Assembly (NCBI GenBank): GCA_900541885.1
Contig: UQKW01000002.1
Span: 71,514-135,513 of the forward strand
From: an uncultured Collinsella sp.
Lineage (GTDB): Bacteria > Actinomycetota > Coriobacteriia > Coriobacteriales > Coriobacteriaceae
Reading direction: 5' to 3'
DNA: 64,000 nt
Below are positions 49,335 to 59,648 of the stretch, in pieces. The notes beneath the pieces were generated by a model. That model searched no databases. It was not told the DNA's origin and saw only the letters and a program-made list of their open reading frames with translations. Position 1 is the first letter of the stretch. Each line of letters starts with the position of its first letter. The translations under genes and the position numbers were made by a program.

Positions 49335-49380
49335 AAAGAGCCTCCGTTCCCTGCGTTGAGACGGAGGCTCTTTCTTTGCC
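49335..49380. terminator. Bidirectional hairpin terminator between guaA and the ABC-F gene
   Basis: agagcctccgt...acggaggctct with T-runs on both strands. Confidence 0.6.
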
Positions 49381-49429
49381 GTTTTACTCCCTTGTCTCCG
49401 TTCGGGGATTATTTCCTGCTCATTTAGGG

Positions 49430-50899
49430 CTACTCGCGCTGAAAGATTTTGACTAGCTTGGTGTCCTTTATTTCGTAGACAATGTCTGCGACGTTCTCGA
49501 CCAGCCTCTTATCGTGGGAGACGAACACTATCGTTCCGGCATAGGCGCTCATCATCTGCTCGAGGGCTTCGGCGCTCTTGATGTCCAGGTAATTTCCAGG
49601 CTCGTCCATGAGCAAGATGTTGTATCTGCCCAGTAGCATCTTCGCGAGTAGCAGCTTGATGACTTCGCCTCCCGAGAGAACGCCAACGTCCTTTGTCAGG
49701 TCACGCGGTCCGATTCCCATAGAGGCGAGGATGCCTCGAATTTCGGTCATGCTGTACTCGCAACCATTCTGCATGAACGAGATCACAGACTGGCGGGCGT
49801 CGAACTTGTAGCCTGTCTGTTCGAAGTAGCCGATCTCTGCTTTGGGAGAGATGTTGATACCGTCGGCGCGTCGAACGATTGCCTTCAGCAGGCTGGTCTT
49901 TCCTGTGCCGTTGCCACCGGTGATGGCCACTTTGGCACCGAGCGGTATCTCGAATTTCGCGTGGTCATAGAGCACGCAGTTGCCGAAGCTCAAGCTGAAA
50001 TCGTCTGCCGAGATGGGAAATTTGCTGTGCAGTTCCAGGGCCTTGCTCTGGCGGAAGCGCACGGCACGAATGCTATCTGGGGCCTCGATCCCTTCGAGCG
50101 CTTCGAGGCGCTTCTCCATGTTCTTAGCTGCCTGATGCATTTTCTTCTGCTTGGTGCCGGTTGTTTTCTGATGCCCCAATCGACCTGCATATTCGTTGCT
50201 TTTTTTCGCACCCTTCCGCTTGGCGTCGACCTGCCGTGCTTTTTTCCGCTGTTTTTCGATGGCGGCTTCGAGGCGATCGCGCTCGCGCATCGCCTCTTCG
50301 TATCGAGCCGCCTGAGCTTTACGATCTTCTTCTTTCTGTCGCAGATAGTCTGAGTAGTCACCCCAGAATTCGGAAATACCGCCGTCTTTGAGCTCCCAGA
50401 TCTTGTCCACTACCTGATCGAGAAAATGACGGTCATGGCTTACGATGAGCAGGGCCCCATCAAATGCCTTGAGTTGTCCGACGAGAAGGTGGATGCCGTC
50501 TTGGTCGAGGTGGCTCGTAGGCTCGTCGGCAAAGATTGCGTTTGCATGCTGGGAGAGCGCAGAGGCAATCTTGGCGCGTGTTTCCTCCCCGCCGCTCATC
50601 GTCTCCTGCGCCACTTCGGCGACGTTGAGACGGGAGAGCATTTCGCCGCTACCCGGAGCCGTATCAAGGTCGAGTTCGTCGAGCTGGCCGATGAGGGCAA
50701 TGCTGCCGAAGCGCCTGACGTCGGCGTCCGCAATGGTAAGATTGCCGCTCAGGATTTTTAGCAGGCTGGTTTTGCCTGCGCCGTTGTCTCCTACCAAGCC
50801 AATGCGATCGTAGGGGTAGATTTCCAACTCTTCGATGTCCAGAATATCGCGGCCTGCATATTCCAAAAAGATGTCTTTAGCTTTGACTATGAGTTCCAT
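49430..50899 (-). CDS. ABC-F ribosomal-protection ATPase, Msr(D)-like (macrolide/streptogramin resistance type)
   Basis: Two ABC domains with an Arg/Lys-rich inter-domain linker. Long collinear similarity to Msr(D): [77 protein letters not shown]. Start at MELIV with an aaggtgg RBS. GC ~48%. Confidence 0.85.
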   Translation of the reverse strand: MELIVKAKDIFLEYAGRDILDIEELEIYPYDRIGLVGDNGAGKTSLLKILSGNLTIADADVRRFGSIALIGQLDELDLDTAPGSGEMLSRLNVAEVAQETMSGGEETRAKIASALSQHANAIFADEPTSHLDQDGIHLLVGQLKAFDGALLIVSHDRHFLDQVVDKIWELKDGGISEFWGDYSDYLRQKEEDRKAQAARYEEAMRERDRLEAAIEKQRKKARQVDAKRKGAKKSNEYAGRLGHQKTTGTKQKKMHQAAKNMEKRLEALEGIEAPDSIRAVRFRQSKALELHSKFPISADDFSLSFGNCVLYDHAKFEIPLGAKVAITGGNGTGKTSLLKAIVRRADGINISPKAEIGYFEQTGYKFDARQSVISFMQNGCEYSMTEIRGILASMGIGPRDLTKDVGVLSGGEVIKLLLAKMLLGRYNILLMDEPGNYLDIKSAEALEQMMSAYAGTIVFVSHDKRLVENVADIVYEIKDTKLVKIFQRE

Positions 50900-51159
50900 A
50901 AGTTGAACCACCTTTTGTGTATTGGCGTTTTCTGGAAGCGCAGCCATGCCAATAAAGGATCGTTCACGTCGATTTTTCGCCTTTGCCCAATTGCCAGCAC
51001 GAGCGTTTTGGCCTTGTGCAAGCCGGTGAATCCGAAAATGATAGTTGGCGACGATTAAGGAGCGCGATGTGGGATGTCGGCGCAATACCTCGTCGTCGCA
51101 AGGGCTTGAAGGCTGACGCGTGAACCGATGGCTGCCGCCTCTTTTTTCGAATACTTGGG

Positions 51160-51984
51160 CTATTGAATCTGCCCGGAATCTTTTTTTCCCACGTTTCGGA
51201 CACTTGGAGCGAGAAGCATCGCCAACGCAAGCAGTACCATGGTCGCTCCAGAGCCGACGAACCACAACGGAGCTCCGAGCAGGTCCGCAAAAACGGAGGG
51301 GGCTGCGAGGCCCATGGGCATGGCCCACGCCATAATGGGTCCATAGAGACCAATAACGCGGCCTAGGCACTCAGAAGGTATCTGCTCCTGCATAAGGGCA
51401 GTCTGGGTTCCCGCGTACAGCGGGGAGCATGCGCCCATAAGAAAGCTCGCCGGTAGGAAGGCAGCGAACAACGACGGGCCGAGCAATCCGGATGCGATTG
51501 CGACGACGCCGAAGCCGGCGATCGCGGCGACCATGGTGAGCGACCTATTGCGGAACCCTCCCGTAGCCGCCAAAATGCCGGACCCAGCCAGCATGCCTGC
51601 AGAGAAAAGGATCTCCACCAAAGCAGCATCCCCCGTGCTACCGCCAAAATGTCCCAAGGTCATTATTGGGAACAATGCCGCGAGTGGGGAGAACGCGAAA
51701 GCGAAGACGAACCCGCACCAAAGAAGGGCGAACAGCCCCCTGTATCTGTCGACAACGGCGCCCGCAAGGACTCCGAACAAGGCAATCGGCAGAAAGCCTG
51801 CTAACGATGCCAGGGAGAGGAGGGAAGATAATCCTGTCGTGAGGGCGATATGCCAAATGAGACCCATTTGGAGAATCGAGCTCGTCAATGTCGACACGAG
51901 CTCCCCGCCCCATACGAAACAAATCTTAAATTGCCATGAACGGCACAGCGAAACAGACCTGCGCCGAGAGGTTTCAAACATCAT
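51160..51984 (-). pseudogene. Mef-like MFS efflux gene, apparently truncated or degenerate (~273 aa versus the ~400 expected)
   Basis: N-terminal region resembles the Mef family (W.FKI..VWGG..VS....QMGLIW, VDRYRG). The remainder of motif A and ~4 TM helices are missing. An IS remnant lies next to its 5' side. Confidence 0.55.
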
Positions 51985-52059
51985 GGTTATGTCCAATCGT
52001 GGAATGGCGTGCAAAAACAGCGCGACGCCATAACAGCGCCGCTTTTAGGCGCTCATCCA

Positions 52060-52560
52060 CGTGCGGAAAAGACCAACCACGACACCCCTCCTTCGCTGGC
52101 TCAGTTTGAAAAACCATGTAATTTTAAGGAGGCTAAAGTTCGTTTGTCAAGGATTGCCTGTCGGTAAGGGCAATCCTTTCTGGTCATTCGATCTCTTTTG
52201 CATCTTTGGTCGCATGGGTGACCCGCCAGGGCTATTACGCGTGGAAGAGGCGCCCGCCGAGCTGGCCGATGAGGCGCTGAAGATGGCCCTGGCCAGGCGA
52301 AACAATCCCAAGGGATGTGTGTATCATTCGGATAGTAAGAATGTTGCCAGCAGGTTTTGCGGCAACCGCAAAGGAGCCGTATCCTGCAGTTGGGATCGCG
52401 TTGCAGCATCCTGACCCGCATTCCGATTGACGGACGGCCCGCTTCGGCGTCCTGGCCCGCACAGCGATCGACGCCTTGCCATTCCTTGGATATGGCGGTT
52501 GCTCGGGGCGTTCCCGACGGAGGCCCTCGCCTCCCCGGTCTGTGACCCAAGAAGGGCCAA
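52060..52560 (+). pseudogene. IS3-family transposase (OrfB/integrase core) remnant with frameshifts
   Basis: LADEALKMALARRNNPKGCVYHSDSKNVASRF aligns with the IS3 integrase block ...DAL.MAL.RR..P....HSDRGSQY.S. A downstream NRKG..CSWD corresponds to SRKGNCWDNA in another frame. Confidence 0.55.
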
Positions 52561-52788
52561 CACGCTGGTCTGCATGGCTGGTTCCTCCTTTATGTAGATG
52601 ACCATGCAGAAAAGGGATAACCAAGGAGGCAGGTTACTGATGCGGACTCCCGCACGCCCACGACTACCCGACGGGGACTGTGTTTTTATCTCTGATGGTT
52701 GGATTGTAGCATGCGCGAAAGCGCGTCGACATCGCTGCTGACATGGCGCGATCGGGATTCGCTCCTCGACGCATCCTTGTGCATATTG

Positions 52789-52839
52789 CCTTATCGGTTT
52801 CGAAACTTTAAAATAATTTGAGTTTCGAAACCGATAAGG
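52789..52839. promoter_or_regulatory. Perfect 18-bp inverted repeat (ccttatcggtttcgaaac ... gtttcgaaaccgataagg) overlapping the RBS of the second DUF4143 ATPase
   Basis: Exact reverse complement. The 15-nt loop is AT-rich. The right arm ends 5 nt before ATG 52845. Confidence 0.5.
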
Positions 52840-52844
52840 AGCGG

Positions 52845-54053
52845 ATGATGGCTTGGGTAGACCGCAATACGTATATGGAGCGGCTTTGGGCACTCGAGAG
52901 CACCCGGGACATCAAGGTGATCACGGGGATGCGCCGCTCCGGCAAGTCCAAGCTCATGAAGGCGTTCGCTGCCTCTGTCACGCGGAAAGACCCGTCCTCC
53001 AACAACGTTTACATCGACCTTCTGGACCTCGATAACGAGCCGCTGCTCGAGTACCACGCGCTGCATCGCGAAATCATAGAGCGGCATAAAGGAGGCGCCC
53101 GCAACCGTCTCTTCATCGACGAGGTGCAGCTATGCGAGGGTTTCGAGAAGGCCGTGAACAGCATTCATGCACGCGGCGGATGGGATATCTACCTTACCGG
53201 GTCGAATGCGTTCCTCCCGAGCTCCGACTTGGCGACTCTGTTCACGGGGCGCCATAGGGAGGTTCATATCCTCCCTTTCAGCTTCGGCGAATACCGCTCC
53301 TACTTCGGCGGGCAAGGGGCCGTCGACGACGACTTCGACGGGTTCATCAGACGCGGCGGGCTCGCCGGGTCCTACGATTACGATGATATCTCGGAGTCGT
53401 ACGGCTACATCTGCGACGTCTACAAGACCATCCTCACGCGCGACCTCGTCCAGAAGTTCTCGCTGCCCGACTCCGCCGTGCTGGAGAGGCTGGCCGAGTA
53501 CATGATGGACAATTCCGGCAACCTCAACTCGCCCAACAACATCGCCAACGTCCTCGGCGCCAACAGGGTTCCCACCAACCATGTCACCGTCGGGCGCTAC
53601 ATCTCCTACCTCCGCGACGCCTTCGTCTTCTATGAGGCGAGGCGCTACGACATCAAGGGGAAGAAGTACCTGAGCACGCAGGCGAAGCATTACGTCTGCG
53701 ACTCGGGAATGCGCTATGCGGTCCTGGGGACGCGCAACATGGACTGGGGCCGCATGTACGAGAACGCGGTCTTCCTGGAGCTGATGAGGCGAGGCTACGA
53801 GACCTACGTTGGGAAGCTGTACCAAAGGGAGGTCGACCTCGTCGCGAAGAGGGGGTCGGAGCTCGTCTACATCCAGGTGAGCGACGACATCAGTTCCGAA
53901 TCGACGCTCGAGAGGGAGCTCGCGCCGCTTCTGTCCATCAGGGATGCGTTCCCGAAGGTCCTCATCGCCCGCACGAGGCATGAACCCTATACCCGGGAGG
54001 GCGTGCTTGTGCTGGATCTCGCGAGATGGCTGCTCGGCGAGCAGGGGTTCTGA
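52845..54053 (+). CDS. AAA+ family ATPase with DUF4143-type C-terminal domain (second, divergent copy)
   Basis: Walker A GMRRSGKSKL, Walker B LFIDEVQ. Same architecture as 3393-4757. Confidence 0.8.
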   Translation: MMAWVDRNTYMERLWALESTRDIKVITGMRRSGKSKLMKAFAASVTRKDPSSNNVYIDLLDLDNEPLLEYHALHREIIERHKGGARNRLFIDEVQLCEGFEKAVNSIHARGGWDIYLTGSNAFLPSSDLATLFTGRHREVHILPFSFGEYRSYFGGQGAVDDDFDGFIRRGGLAGSYDYDDISESYGYICDVYKTILTRDLVQKFSLPDSAVLERLAEYMMDNSGNLNSPNNIANVLGANRVPTNHVTVGRYISYLRDAFVFYEARRYDIKGKKYLSTQAKHYVCDSGMRYAVLGTRNMDWGRMYENAVFLELMRRGYETYVGKLYQREVDLVAKRGSELVYIQVSDDISSESTLERELAPLLSIRDAFPKVLIARTRHEPYTREGVLVLDLARWLLGEQGF

Positions 54054-54782
54054 GCGCCGTGTAGGGCTATCGCGGAGTTCTCTCGGATAAGAAAAAAGCC
54101 GGGGAAAACGTCCCCGGCACTTGGAAGCCTTCCTAACGGAAAACCAATTACCTTATATCATGTACTGTACGGAAATTCAAGGGAGCTCGAAGCGTTTCCG
54201 GACGTCGGCGGAATCTCAAAGCCCTCTCGTCAACTCATGGGCAAGCCACCTGAGACTACTCACTTTACCCGCGGACGACGAAGGGCTGCGACCTGCGGTT
54301 TTTCAACCAGCATGAAAGCCACCCGCGTTGATTCACTTGCGATTGCAGCTGGCGGCTTGCACGCTAAAGGGCGGTTGAGTTTCAAAACGGGCGTTTTAGG
54401 TGCTATTGAGTTTGCGAAGACCATCCGCAGTGTCCCATGGGACAAAAACGAAAACTCAACGCCCTGAGTTTGAAGTGAGTTTTTGAAACTGTCCCAGCTA
54501 TTGTCCCCGAAGCCGACGAAACGCGACATGGCGTCACCTGACGGCACTCGGCTCGAGACGGGACCTAAAACTGGACGCAACTGGAATGACGAGACGGCAG
54601 AAACGCTGCCACCGAGTGGGAGTAACCGAACATACGTTCGATATAATAATATAGTATCAGATAGCGGGCACGGTTTCAATCGAATCCGTGCCCGCTGCTG
54701 TATGCGTGCCCTTGCACGCCCAATATGCGCCGTAAAAGCCGTCTTCTTCAACGTCAAAGCGAGTGCGCTTCATTTTTGCCTC

Positions 54783-55613
54783 TCAAAATCTTATTTTCAC
54801 GATTTGCATTCTCATCCCGTTGTCACCGACCCTTGCGAGAAACCGGAAAAAGCCGCTGACAGAAGGGTTCCTCAAATCGTCGTAGCCCAGCATATAGCCG
54901 CGACTTGTGACCTGCAGACGGCTGTCCCACGCGCCGATTTCCTTGGCGGCATCCGAAACCGCAAAATATGCCCCCACATCCTTGATTTTCGCAGTCTTAA
55001 GCCATGTTTTTGCGATCATCTTCACTACCGCCCGATTGGCGGCATCAAAGACCAGCACACCGCCGGGGAAAGCGTCCGCCATCCCCCGCACCAGTTCCCG
55101 GACCTGCTGGGTCAGAAAGTAATAGAACACCCCGGAGGCAAAGAACACCGCCCCGCCGGAGGCATCGACTTTGCCGAACCATGCGGCGTCTTTCAGGTCG
55201 CAGGGGATATTTTGCTCCCGATTTCCGGCGGGCAGTAGCTGCTGCCGCAAGGCAATCACATCCGGGAAGTCCAGATTGTAGATCTTGCATCTACCGTTGT
55301 CGCAGGTTCTGCCGGTGTTGTCCAGCCCACAGCCCAGATTGACCACCGCCGCATTGGGGTGGCCTTTCAGGTAATCCCGCACCTCGAAAGCAAAATCACC
55401 CTGCCGCATGGCCACCTCCAGCGCACCAAAGCGCTGCATCAGGCTGCGGGAGTTTTTCTCTGCCTCTGAAAAGTCGTAGTCGATCTGGTCGAGCAGGCGA
55501 ACCGCTGTTTCATCCCTGTAAAGGTTCGGGTACAGCTCCGTACACAGCTTCCGGGAATACAGCGGGAGGATCAGCGTCTCCTGCACGGTGTTTTTCTCAA
55601 TTTTGCATTTCAT
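54783..55613 (-). CDS. Class I SAM-dependent methyltransferase of the TcmP/LCM (leucine carboxyl / polyketide O-methyltransferase) type
   Basis: VVNLGCGLDNTG motif I and the family-typical length. Confidence 0.7.
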   Translation of the reverse strand: MKCKIEKNTVQETLILPLYSRKLCTELYPNLYRDETAVRLLDQIDYDFSEAEKNSRSLMQRFGALEVAMRQGDFAFEVRDYLKGHPNAAVVNLGCGLDNTGRTCDNGRCKIYNLDFPDVIALRQQLLPAGNREQNIPCDLKDAAWFGKVDASGGAVFFASGVFYYFLTQQVRELVRGMADAFPGGVLVFDAANRAVVKMIAKTWLKTAKIKDVGAYFAVSDAAKEIGAWDSRLQVTSRGYMLGYDDLRNPSVSGFFRFLARVGDNGMRMQIVKIRF

Positions 55614-55728
55614 AGGTTCCTTCCCCAGTGAATAAAAACTGTCGTAATTGCCGCCAGCACAGCCGCTATGACCGTCATGCCTACCGCCATGTGCAGGATG
55701 GATGCAAAAATGCCCGTGCTTGATGCCC

Positions 55729-56364
55729 TTACTTCCGCGCCGTGACGCAGAGCCACTTTTTCTTTTTGCGTATCTGCACCTCGTGAAAACCCGCCTGCTC
55801 CAGACACGCCTTTAATTCAATGTCCTTGTAGATGGTCATGCCGCCGATGATCTGCGTCCACCTCTCGTCCTTGTCCGTATCGCCATTGCTCTCGTTGCAG
55901 ATAAGAATTGTCCCGCCTGGCTTCAGCGTCCGCCAGACCTCACGGAAGCATCGGGGCAAATCAGGCCAGAAATAGACGGTCTCAAAGGCCGTGGCAGCAT
56001 CGAAGTAGCTATCCTCAAACGCCATATCCGCCACACTGCCTTGCAGAACGGCGCAACGCCCCTCCTGAATTGCAGTTCGGTTGAGCTTTCTAGCCTTCTC
56101 CACGCTGACGGGCGAATAGTCGATGCCCTTGACGACGCCATACGGGTATTTTTTCAGCAGCCGTTTTATGTTTGCCCCGCCGCCGCAGCCGCAATCTAGC
56201 ACCTTGGCGTTTGGCGCAAGTCGTAGAAATCGAAGTCCCCACCGCGCCACAGGGCTGTGGCCCAGATTCATCATGGCAACCATAAGTTTTCCGCCGAGGC
56301 CCACGGGCTTGCGGGTGTTTTCAAAGAACGACATCTGGCCCCTCCGATTTCGTGCATTCCGCAT
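55729..56364 (-). CDS. Class I SAM-dependent methyltransferase
   Basis: VLDCGCGGGANIKRL motif I. Confidence 0.75.
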   Translation of the reverse strand: MRNARNRRGQMSFFENTRKPVGLGGKLMVAMMNLGHSPVARWGLRFLRLAPNAKVLDCGCGGGANIKRLLKKYPYGVVKGIDYSPVSVEKARKLNRTAIQEGRCAVLQGSVADMAFEDSYFDAATAFETVYFWPDLPRCFREVWRTLKPGGTILICNESNGDTDKDERWTQIIGGMTIYKDIELKACLEQAGFHEVQIRKKKKWLCVTARK

Positions 56365-56965
56365 AGGTCAACGGGAACGAGGCCTTCAACACCGCGCTTT
56401 TCTGCACCGCCCAGCCGTTTTGACGCAGAAAACGTAGGTATTCCTCGCTTGTCCACCTGCTGTGGAGGGGGAATCCCGCCATACTCATGAAAAAGGCTTT
56501 TGCCTTGCCGGAAACCGAGTTCCCCGCGTGGGTGAAGGTTGGAGCGATGAGCACGCCGTCGTCCTTCAGCACCCGCCTGATTTCTTGCAGGGCCTTTTCC
56601 GGATGCGGCACTATGTGAAGCGCGTTGGACACGATCACCACTTCGAAGGACTTCTGTGCATAGGGCAGGCGGAACATATCTTGTACGGAAAAGTGCAGCT
56701 TTGCGGATTGATTGTCCCGCTTTGCTTCAAGGATCATCTTTGCAGAGGCGTCCGTAGCCTCGATGTGCGCCGCCGCATTTACGATGCTCTTTGCGATAAG
56801 CCCCGTGCCGGTGGCAACCTCCAGCACGGTTTTTGCTTTCACTACCGGCCGGATCAGCCCATACATCTTCTCATACGCCGCCCGGTCGTTTCGCATGAAA
56901 CGGTCGTACCGACTGGCATTCTTGTCCCAGAAACCCTTGCGTTCATGCATGGCTGTCGCCCCCAA
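56321..56965 (-). CDS. Class I SAM-dependent methyltransferase
   Basis: VLEVATGTGLIAKSI motif I. Overlaps the preceding gene by ~44 nt. Confidence 0.75.
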   Translation of the reverse strand: MGATAMHERKGFWDKNASRYDRFMRNDRAAYEKMYGLIRPVVKAKTVLEVATGTGLIAKSIVNAAAHIEATDASAKMILEAKRDNQSAKLHFSVQDMFRLPYAQKSFEVVIVSNALHIVPHPEKALQEIRRVLKDDGVLIAPTFTHAGNSVSGKAKAFFMSMAGFPLHSRWTSEEYLRFLRQNGWAVQKSAVLKASFPLTYAECTKSEGPDVVL

Positions 56966-57733
56966 ACAGTTAGAGCCATCTAACTATAACACACGAATCA
57001 TGCAGTAAGATGAGGCTAACCTTCTTTTCTTGGCTAAGACGCATCTCTTCGGTTTTCGCTTATAGCGGCGCGAGTCAGATACTAGGCTGGAGCTGAAGAA
57101 GGAGCTTGGCGGACAGGTAGGTCGATACCGGTTCCCGGAACGGTGATCCAGCCAATTACACCAGGGCTCTAGTCATGCAGGTAAACCCAATCCATGACGG
57201 GAAATAGGTCCTTTTCTCTAGTTCGACGTCTTTCGGAGCTTGACGATTTGGACTGATGGAGGCGAGAAGTCCCTCACCGCGCCAATACCAGACGATTGCG
57301 CTATAGACATCTCTCCGACCCTTTGAATCACCCCTTTTCACGCCACCCGCTACGAACCACGGCGGAAACCAGGGAGTGATTAAAGGAGCGACCTGCGGTT
57401 TTGCGAATCAATTGAGTCATTCCCTAAATCGCGAATCAAGGGCCTGATTCGCCCAAATTGTGCACGAAACAGCCCTTGGGCGGCACGATGCGACACGCAT
57501 CGACAACACTCGGACTGGATTAGTCACTGAGCGGGATTAACGGGAACTTGCTTCTGAACTCTCGTTTTGATACCGTAGTACCGCCTGATGCTGTTTCGGC
57601 GTCGCCACAGAGCAAAGCCACCAGCGAAATAACGGGAATAACAGCCTCTGGACCCTCTGGTTCGGAGGCTTTCTTTTTGCACTCCTACCCCGAACAGGAC
57701 TCCTCGCCGAAGCCCCTTGAGCATCGGGCGCCA

Positions 57734-58174
57734 CTATCGAGCGTGCGCGTTCTCGTAGGCCTCTTTGATTTCTTCTGGCAAGCCATCGGGAATCAGTGCC
57801 TTAAGTCTGTCCTCGCCGCCATCTTGCATCGCCTGTTCGTAGTACCAGCATTTGAACTTCAGCATGTCCAGCGCGCGGTTCATCTTCGCGATCTCCGACT
57901 CCATGTGGGCCTTCCGGTCCTCGAACATGGCCTTGCGCTGGGGGTATGTAGATGGGCCTTCCGCACACCATTCCATGAACAGCCGGATGTCCTTGATCTC
58001 CATCCCCGCCTTCTTTAGGCATTCGATGACCCGAAGCGCCTCGAGTTCCGTATCGCCGAATCGGCGAATGCCGGACGTCCGCTCCAATTCCGGAAACAAT
58101 CCCTGTTTGTCGTAATACCGCAGTGTGGAAACGGGCAGACCGAACATCTCCGCTACCTGTCCGATTGTGTACAT
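57734..58174 (-). CDS. MerR-family transcriptional regulator
   Basis: N-terminal HTH YTIGQVAEMFGLPVSTLRYYDKQGL and a coiled-coil dimerisation region. Confidence 0.85.
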   Translation of the reverse strand: MYTIGQVAEMFGLPVSTLRYYDKQGLFPELERTSGIRRFGDTELEALRVIECLKKAGMEIKDIRLFMEWCAEGPSTYPQRKAMFEDRKAHMESEIAKMNRALDMLKFKCWYYEQAMQDGGEDRLKALIPDGLPEEIKEAYENAHAR

Positions 58175-58200
58175 GGTCCCTCCGGACGAATTTCGAATTT

Positions 58201-58260
58201 ACTCCTTGACCTAAAGTTAGGTTTAGATATTACCTTTATTTTCGTCAATATATATAAGGA
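58201..58260 (+). promoter_or_regulatory. Putative MerR-type promoter/operator for the flavoprotein gene (TTGACC followed by the dyad ctaaag..gtttag)
   Basis: A -35-like hexamer immediately precedes an imperfect dyad in the divergent intergenic region. Confidence 0.35.
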
Positions 58261-58279
58261 GTGCAAGGGGTATTCCGTA

Positions 58280-58819
58280 ATGAGCAAAACGGTTTTGATA
58301 GTCTCTTCAAGCCCTCGAAAGAATGGCAATTCCGAGACGTTGGTGGATGCTTTCGCCAAAGGCGCACGGGAAGCGGGTCACAGCGTGGAGACCATACACC
58401 TGCGCGAGAAGCAGCTCGGCTTCTGCAAGGGGTGCCTTGCCTGCCTAAAGCTGGGGCGCTGCGTCATCCAAGACGATGCCGTGGAAATTGCCGCCAAGAT
58501 GCTCGACGCTGATGTCCTGGTGTTCGCAACCCCCGTTTACTACTACAGCGTCTGTGGCCAGCTCAAAACCATGCTCGCCCGCGCTAACCCGCTTTTTGGC
58601 TCCGATTATGCATTCACCGAGGCATATCTGTTGGCGACGGCGGCGGAGAACGGGCGCTCGACCTTCGACGGGGCGAAAAAGGCGATGCAGGGATGGGTTG
58701 ACTGTTTCTCCCGCTGCACGCTCGCTGGAACGGTTTTCGCCGGCGGCGTGAACGGCGTGGGCGAAATCGCCGGGCATCCCGCTCTGGAGCAGGCGCGACG
58801 AATGGGCATGGGAATCTAG
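58280..58819 (+). CDS. NAD(P)H-dependent FMN reductase-like flavoprotein (flavodoxin fold, iron-sulfur flavoprotein type)
   Basis: VLIVSSSPRKNGNSE...CKGCLAC...VFATPVYYYS. Confidence 0.8.
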   Translation: MSKTVLIVSSSPRKNGNSETLVDAFAKGAREAGHSVETIHLREKQLGFCKGCLACLKLGRCVIQDDAVEIAAKMLDADVLVFATPVYYYSVCGQLKTMLARANPLFGSDYAFTEAYLLATAAENGRSTFDGAKKAMQGWVDCFSRCTLAGTVFAGGVNGVGEIAGHPALEQARRMGMGI

Positions 58820-58883
58820 CCGGGCTGCTTGGCAGCGCGGAAGCAGATTTGTGCCTAATACCATCGACAGGAGGAAGTAAATT

Positions 58884-59648
58884 ATGGCAATTAAGCAGAC
58901 GGCGGGCAGAGATGCCCTGGGGGAGTTCGCTCCCAAATTCGCACAGCTCAACGACGACGTGCTGTTCGGCGAGGTATGGAGCCGGGAGGGCGAGCTCTCC
59001 TTGCGCGACCGCTGCGTGGTGACGGTGGTTGCCCTGATGTCGCAGGGGCTGACGGACTCTTCGTTCAAATATCACCTGACGTCCGCAAAGAACAACGGCG
59101 TGACCAAGGCGGAGATAGCGGAGATCCTTACGCATGCAGCGTTTTACGCGGGTTGGCCCAAGGCGTGGGCTGCCTTCCGCATGGCGAAGGAGGTCTGGGC
59201 GGACGACGATGCCGCCGACGCAAAGGCTCAGCACCAAAACGAGATGGCTTTCCCCATCGGTGCCCCCAACGACGCCTTCGCGAAGTTCTTTATCGGTCAA
59301 AGCTACCTCGCGCCCCTTTCCACCGAGCAAGTTGGCGTCTACAACGTGACGTTCGAGCCCGGCTGCCGCAACAACTGGCACACCCATCACGCCAAAAGCG
59401 GTGGCGGGCAGATCCTCTTCTGCGTGGCTGGCCGAGGGTTTTACCAGGAATGGGGAAAGCCGGCACAGGAGCTGCGCCCCGGCGACGTGGTCAACATCGC
59501 CCCGGGGGTGAAGCATTGGCACGGAGCCGCGCCCGACAGCTGGTTCTCCCATCTCGCGCTTGAGGTTCCGGGCGAGGAGACCTCCAACGAGTGGCTGGAG
59601 CCCGTGGACGACGAGGGATATCTCAAAGCGACTAGCAGGGAGTCTTAA
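58884..59648 (+). CDS. Carboxymuconolactone decarboxylase-family domain fused to a cupin domain
   Basis: The N-terminal CMD/AhpD-like region is followed by a cupin block G.YNVTFEPGCRNNWHTH...GDVVNIAPGVKHWHGA. Confidence 0.8.
   Translation: MAIKQTAGRDALGEFAPKFAQLNDDVLFGEVWSREGELSLRDRCVVTVVALMSQGLTDSSFKYHLTSAKNNGVTKAEIAEILTHAAFYAGWPKAWAAFRMAKEVWADDDAADAKAQHQNEMAFPIGAPNDAFAKFFIGQSYLAPLSTEQVGVYNVTFEPGCRNNWHTHHAKSGGGQILFCVAGRGFYQEWGKPAQELRPGDVVNIAPGVKHWHGAAPDSWFSHLALEVPGEETSNEWLEPVDDEGYLKATSRES

Noticed and set aside
55610-55807. 65-aa hydrophobic ORF between two methyltransferase genes
   Set aside because: Overlaps the 3' end of the 55729-56364 gene on the same strand in another frame and has no RBS. 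Probably spurious.
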